This document shows, one piece after another, positions 60,052-64,000 of a stretch of 64,000 nt of DNA. The translations under genes were made by a program, and so were the position numbers. The DNA is from Planctomycetota bacterium. GTDB taxonomy: Bacteria > Planctomycetota > UBA1135 > JADKAF01. The notes beneath the pieces are model-generated. The model did not search any database, was not told where the DNA came from, and worked only from the letters and a program-made list of their open reading frames with translations. The DNA is taken from contig JADKAF010000001.1 in the NCBI GenBank assembly GCA_016719295.1, forward strand, positions 640,379 through 704,378. The letters are read 5' to 3'. How positions within the stretch are numbered: position 1 is the stretch's first letter; each line of letters opens with the position of its first letter.

Positions 60052-61689
60052 TCACGGGCAGGTCGTGATCCCCGCACCGAAGCGCACGCGCCAGCCATTG
60101 CTCAGGTCGTACGCGCCGAAGAGCGCGCCCGAGCCGGGCTGCACTTCCACCGCTTGGAAGTCGATCGCCAGGCCTTCGAGAGCCGGCAGGAGAGGAACGG
60201 GCAGCGCGAGGAAGCCCGTGCCCAGCGGTCCCATGGTGGCCGAGAGGAAAGTGATGTAGTCCTGACCCGGGAGCAGGCTCATGTAGAGATCGCAACCGGG
60301 TGCCAGATTCGTCGTTCCGGAGTAGATCGAGCCGAGCAGCACGACGGTCGAGCCGGAGCCGGCGAGCGAGACGTCGAAGCCGAAGCCCTGGTTGCCCGGG
60401 ATCGCGCGCGGCACCAATCCGCCCGGCGTCATCACCGGCGCGTTCGGCGCGCCGCAGCCGGCGCCGAGGTACACGTTGAAGCGCCCCAGCGGAGCGACGC
60501 CGTCGATCGCGAACGCGGGCTGCGCGCCAGCGTTCAAGCGCGCCTGGCCGAGCAGGATCGAGCTGGAGCTGACCGGGGCCGCATCGCTGTCGAACCAGAA
60601 GTTGAAGATCGTGTTCCACTCCAGCGCGTTGCCGGCCGGAGCGGTGAACACCACCTGCGCGCCCTGAACGGACATCGTCCACTCGTTCGCGGCGCTCTGG
60701 TCCACGTCGTGGAACCCGAAGTTCCGGATCGAGGTGCCTGGGCAGATCGGCAGGGTGAAGGAGCTGATCGCGCCCGCGTTGTCGCGGTTGTGCAGGGCGT
60801 ATTCGTAGTGGAAGCCGCCGGTGTTGCGCGTCACGCGGTGTGCGAGATACACGCGGCCGTCGGCGGCGCCGTTCGCGGCCGAGCTCATCGTCGCGCCCGA
60901 CCAGCGCTGCAGCACCGAGCCGAAGAGCTGCGGCACGGAGTTCGTGCTCACGTTCCAGCTCGCGCCGGTCCACGTCGCGGTCATGCCGCGCGAGGTCAGG
61001 TTGTTCGTGCGCACGGCCTCGGGCTCGCCGCGGATCACGTACATGCCCTGATACCAGAAGGTCGAGCCGGCGACGCTGAGGTCGGAGTCCTGGAGGCGAA
61101 CGCGATTGCCGACGGGGCCGAGACCGCGAGCCTGGGTCTGGGTGAAGCTGCGATTGCCGTCGCAGGTGACCCCGCTGGTGCCGAGGTCGAAGAACGAGCA
61201 GCGCGCCGTCCAGGTGCCGAGCCAGGGATCGATCTCCGCGGGCGGGCCGAGCCAGTAGTTGTCGGAGTTGTTCCCGATCGCGTAGGTGTCCGAGCAACCG
61301 ACGCCGAGGAAGCTGCCGTTGCTGGGATTCCGGCACGGCGTGCACTGCGAATCCGAGAGCGCGTAGAAGCCGTGCTTCAGGTAGCTGCGGTCGGAGATCT
61401 GGATCAGGCGACCGTTCGTCTCGCGCGCGACGAGGAAGGCGATCAACGGATGATCTTCACCCATCGCCGCGGCCCAGGGCACGTTGACGCTGCCGAGGTT
61501 GCACGAGGTGGTCTCCATCGCGACGGCTTGCGTGCCGTTGGGATAGGTCCCGCTGCGGCCAACTTCGTCGATCGGGCCAAGGATGCCGAGGGACACGTCG
61601 GTGCCGGGGCGCAGGTTCGACTGCGCGGAGAGCGGGGCCGTCAGCGCCAAGAGCGCGGCGACCGTACCGAGGAGCGAGAGGAATCGCAT
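60052..61689 (-). CDS. secreted hypothetical protein (Gly/Ser/Asn/Thr-rich, 545 aa)
   Basis: Signal peptide MRFLSLLGTVAALLALTAPLSAQS. No motif I recognise. Ends GITTCP. Confidence 0.6.
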   Translation of the reverse strand: MRFLSLLGTVAALLALTAPLSAQSNLRPGTDVSLGILGPIDEVGRSGTYPNGTQAVAMETTSCNLGSVNVPWAAAMGEDHPLIAFLVARETNGRLIQISDRSYLKHGFYALSDSQCTPCRNPSNGSFLGVGCSDTYAIGNNSDNYWLGPPAEIDPWLGTWTARCSFFDLGTSGVTCDGNRSFTQTQARGLGPVGNRVRLQDSDLSVAGSTFWYQGMYVIRGEPEAVRTNNLTSRGMTATWTGASWNVSTNSVPQLFGSVLQRWSGATMSSAANGAADGRVYLAHRVTRNTGGFHYEYALHNRDNAGAISSFTLPICPGTSIRNFGFHDVDQSAANEWTMSVQGAQVVFTAPAGNALEWNTIFNFWFDSDAAPVSSSSILLGQARLNAGAQPAFAIDGVAPLGRFNVYLGAGCGAPNAPVMTPGGLVPRAIPGNQGFGFDVSLAGSGSTVVLLGSIYSGTTNLAPGCDLYMSLLPGQDYITFLSATMGPLGTGFLALPVPLLPALEGLAIDFQAVEVQPGSGALFGAYDLSNGWRVRFGAGITTCP

Positions 61690-61783
61690 GCGTTGCTCGC
61701 GTGAAGGGGAGGGACTCGGGTATGCAGCGGAACTGCGCTGACGTAGCTCCGCGCGTTCTGGATCCTAGGAGTCGCGGAAAGAA

Positions 61784-63157
61784 GTGTCGAGCCGGCAGAA
61801 GGATACGCCAGGTGCGGGCGGTGGCTGGAAGGCGGAGCTGCGCGCTCTGGGCGGGCTCGCGGGTCCCGTCGTGTTCGTGCAGCTCGGCCTCATGCTGACG
61901 TCGGTGGTCGACACGGCGATGCTCGGCCGCGTATCGGAAACGGCGCAAGCTGCCGGAGCACTGGGGCACGTCTACTCCATGGCGATGCTATGGATGGGCT
62001 CCGGCCTCCTCATGGCGCTCGATCCGCTCGTCGCTCAGGCGTATGGGGCGCGCGACGAGCGCGCTCTGGCTCGGCACCTGCGCGAAGGCTTGGCGGTCGC
62101 GCTCCTCCTGACGGTGGTGCTCTCGCTGCCGCTGCTCGGCGCTCGCTGGGCGTTCGAGGTGACGAAGCAGCCGCCCGAGGTGGCGGAGGCCGCGACGGCC
62201 TACGTGCTACGACTCGTGCCGGGGAACGGCGGCTTCTTTCTCTTTCTCGCCCTGCGCCAGACGCTGACGGCGCTCGGGGCGATGCGCCCCATCGTCCTCG
62301 CGATGCTCGCGGGGAACCTGGTCAACCTCGTCGCCAACTGGGTCCTCATCTTCGGCGCGCTCGGCGCACCGGCTCTCGGCGTCGAAGGCGCCGCGTGGGC
62401 CACTTCGTTCTCGCGCTGGGTGATGGCGGGGATGACGTGGTGGGCCGCGCAGCCTCTGCTCCGGCGCTATCTCGCGGCGCCGAGAGCACCGCGCGGCGCG
62501 TGGCGAGGATCGCTGCGACTCTGGATCCGCGTCGGTGTGCCGATCATGGCGCACGTCTCCGCCGAGGTGTGGATCTTCAGCGTGGTGGGGATGTTGATGG
62601 GGCCGCTCGGCAGCGCGGCTCTCGCGGGCCATTCGATTGCGCTGAACCTCGCGAGCCTCTCGTTCATGGTGCCCCTCGGGATCGCGGCGGCGGCCGCGGT
62701 GCGGGTCGGGCGCGCGATCGGAGCCGAGGATCCCGAGGGAGCGCGCCGCGCGGCGGCGGTGAGCTTGTGCTGCGGCATGGGCGTCATGTGCCTCTCGGCG
62801 GCGAGCTTCGCCTTCCTGCCCGAGCTCCTCGCGCGCTGCTACACCGAAGCTCCGAGCACCATCGCGGTCGCGGCGAGCTTGCTGCCGGTGGCGGCGGCGT
62901 TCCAGATCTTCGATGGCCTGCAGGTCGTGGGCTCGGGCGTGCTGCGCGGCACCGGGGACACGAAGATACCGGCGCTCCTCGCGCTGATCGGCTATTGGGG
63001 GCTCGGCCTGCCCGCGGGCTACGCGCTCGCGTTCTCCTGCGGCCTCGGTCCCGCGGGGCTCTGGTGGGGACTCTCGATCGGCCTGGGCAGCGTGGGCCTG
63101 CTGCTGCTCGCACGCATCGTGCGCCGGATGCGCGGCGAGCTCCGACGCGTCGCGTGA
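61784..63157 (+). CDS. MATE family efflux transporter
   Basis: 457 aa, 12 TM. GTG start. Typical MATE organisation. Confidence 0.85.
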   Translation: MSSRQKDTPGAGGGWKAELRALGGLAGPVVFVQLGLMLTSVVDTAMLGRVSETAQAAGALGHVYSMAMLWMGSGLLMALDPLVAQAYGARDERALARHLREGLAVALLLTVVLSLPLLGARWAFEVTKQPPEVAEAATAYVLRLVPGNGGFFLFLALRQTLTALGAMRPIVLAMLAGNLVNLVANWVLIFGALGAPALGVEGAAWATSFSRWVMAGMTWWAAQPLLRRYLAAPRAPRGAWRGSLRLWIRVGVPIMAHVSAEVWIFSVVGMLMGPLGSAALAGHSIALNLASLSFMVPLGIAAAAAVRVGRAIGAEDPEGARRAAAVSLCCGMGVMCLSAASFAFLPELLARCYTEAPSTIAVAASLLPVAAAFQIFDGLQVVGSGVLRGTGDTKIPALLALIGYWGLGLPAGYALAFSCGLGPAGLWWGLSIGLGSVGLLLLARIVRRMRGELRRVA

Positions 63158-63197
63158 CGCCGCGGAGCTCGCACGACGAATCCGAGGAAGCGGGCGA

Positions 63198-64000
63198 TCA
63201 GATCAGCTTCGTGATCCCCGGCGTCGCGACCGGGTCCATCGGCAGCGGCCCGAGCTCGTAGCTCTTGGGGCTCAGGTCGAGCGCCGAGGTCATGGCCTGC
63301 TCCCAGCTGATGCGCTGGCCGGTGTACGCCGACATGCGCCCCATGATCGCGGCGAGCGTGCTCTCGGCGACCATGCGGCCTTCGTTCAGGGGCTTCCCGG
63401 CGCGGATGCTGGCGATGAGATCGGTGTGCTCCTGCACGTAGGGATCGTTGCCGCCCTTCAAGCGTTCGAACTTGCCCTTCGCCGCGCGGATCTGATAGCG
63501 ACCGGAAGTGGTCGCGATCTCACCGGCGGTGCCGATCACGCTCTCTTCCACCATGCCGTGCGCGCCGTCGGTCTGGCGGCACATCGAGAGCGCGTGCACG
63601 CCGTCGCCGAAGTCGTAGTCGATGGCGAAGTGATCGAAGATGTTGCCGAACTTCGCGTCGGTGCGCACCTGACGGCCGCCCATGCCCATGCACGCGACCG
63701 GCGGGCGCTTCATCGCCCAGATCACGACGTCGATGTTGTGGATGTGCTGCTCGACGATGTGGTCGCCGGAGAGCCACGTGAAGTAGAGCCAGTTGCGGCA
63801 CTGCCACTCCATGTCGCTCTCGCCGGGCCGGCGCTCGTGCACCCAGAGCCCGCCCATGTTCCAGTAGCAACGCGCGGCGAGCGGCTCGCCGATCGCGCCG
63901 TCGTGGACCCGCTTCATGAGCTCGAGGTAGCCCGACTCGTGGCGGCGCTGCGTGCCGGCGACGATGCCGAGGCCCTTCTTCTGCGCGAGCTCGGAGGCGG
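63198..64000 (-). CDS. Gfo/Idh/MocA family oxidoreductase, 5-prime truncated by the window edge
   Basis: Reading frame is open to 64000 (…LGIVAGTQRRHESGYLELMKRVHDGAIGE…). Only the C-terminal domain is present. Confidence 0.75.
   Translation of the reverse strand, partial: ASELAQKKGLGIVAGTQRRHESGYLELMKRVHDGAIGEPLAARCYWNMGGLWVHERRPGESDMEWQCRNWLYFTWLSGDHIVEQHIHNIDVVIWAMKRPPVACMGMGGRQVRTDAKFGNIFDHFAIDYDFGDGVHALSMCRQTDGAHGMVEESVIGTAGEIATTSGRYQIRAAKGKFERLKGGNDPYVQEHTDLIASIRAGKPLNEGRMVAESTLAAIMGRMSAYTGQRISWEQAMTSALDLSPKSYELGPLPMDPVATPGITKLI

Overview
This is a 64 kb window at roughly 70% GC with heavy third-position GC bias. It looks like chromosomal DNA from a high-GC Gram-negative bacterium; the gene content (a DUF1549/DUF1553 cytochrome-domain protein paired with DUF1501, a large NAD-GDH, many secreted hydrolases) suggests Myxococcota or Planctomycete-like, but that is inference only. 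I can support about 50 protein-coding genes, one tRNA-Ala(GGC) with its own promoter-like site and terminator hairpin, several GC-rich hairpin terminators, and three copies of an IS200/RAYT-type HuH tyrosine-transposase element. Of the three copies, one is intact, one has at least three frameshifts, and one is truncated. Each is flanked by roughly 450 bp imperfect inverted repeats containing a conserved 12 bp-stem REP-like hairpin that shows compensatory base changes between copies.

Recognisable content, in order along the window:
- Secreted phosphatase/esterase genes and cutC.
- A DEAD-box RNA helicase with a ~700 aa low-complexity R/E/P/A-rich tail encoded partly by 39 bp tandem repeats; it has no canonical start codon upstream of its Q-motif.
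- A DUF4212 plus sodium:solute symporter pair.
- A Gfo/Idh/MocA oxidoreductase, an MFS transporter, and a 1622 aa NAD-glutamate dehydrogenase.
- A tetR-coxS-coxL-coxM molybdo-hydroxylase operon with overlapping stops/starts and a palindromic operator over the tetR start.
- A tldD-pmbA-nfeD-flotillin cluster, all on the minus strand.
- The DUF1549/DUF1553 plus DUF1501 pair, translationally coupled to three uncharacterised polytopic membrane proteins.
- A long minus-strand cluster running GGT - small secreted paralogue - HEAT-repeat protein - FtsX/MacB-type ABC ATPase and permease - His/Asp-repeat lipoprotein - second small secreted paralogue.
- An M20 dipeptidase divergent from the GGT gene.
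- A ROK kinase, two tandem secreted amidohydrolases, bfd-bfr, an Arc-type RHH gene 5 bp downstream of an SPFH gene, a MATE transporter, and a 5-prime-truncated Gfo/Idh/MocA gene at the window edge.

Two genes appear frameshifted at simple-sequence tracts: a secreted protein at a (CCGGCC)4 repeat and a lipase-like hydrolase at a (GC)n tract. An 83 bp perfect palindrome plus a third copy of its arm sits between two convergent genes. I saw no CRISPR array, rRNA or prophage.

One caveat on coordinates: they are tied to the supplied ORF track. My own base counting disagreed with the track by one position in places, so hairpin and repeat coordinates may be off by a base or two.
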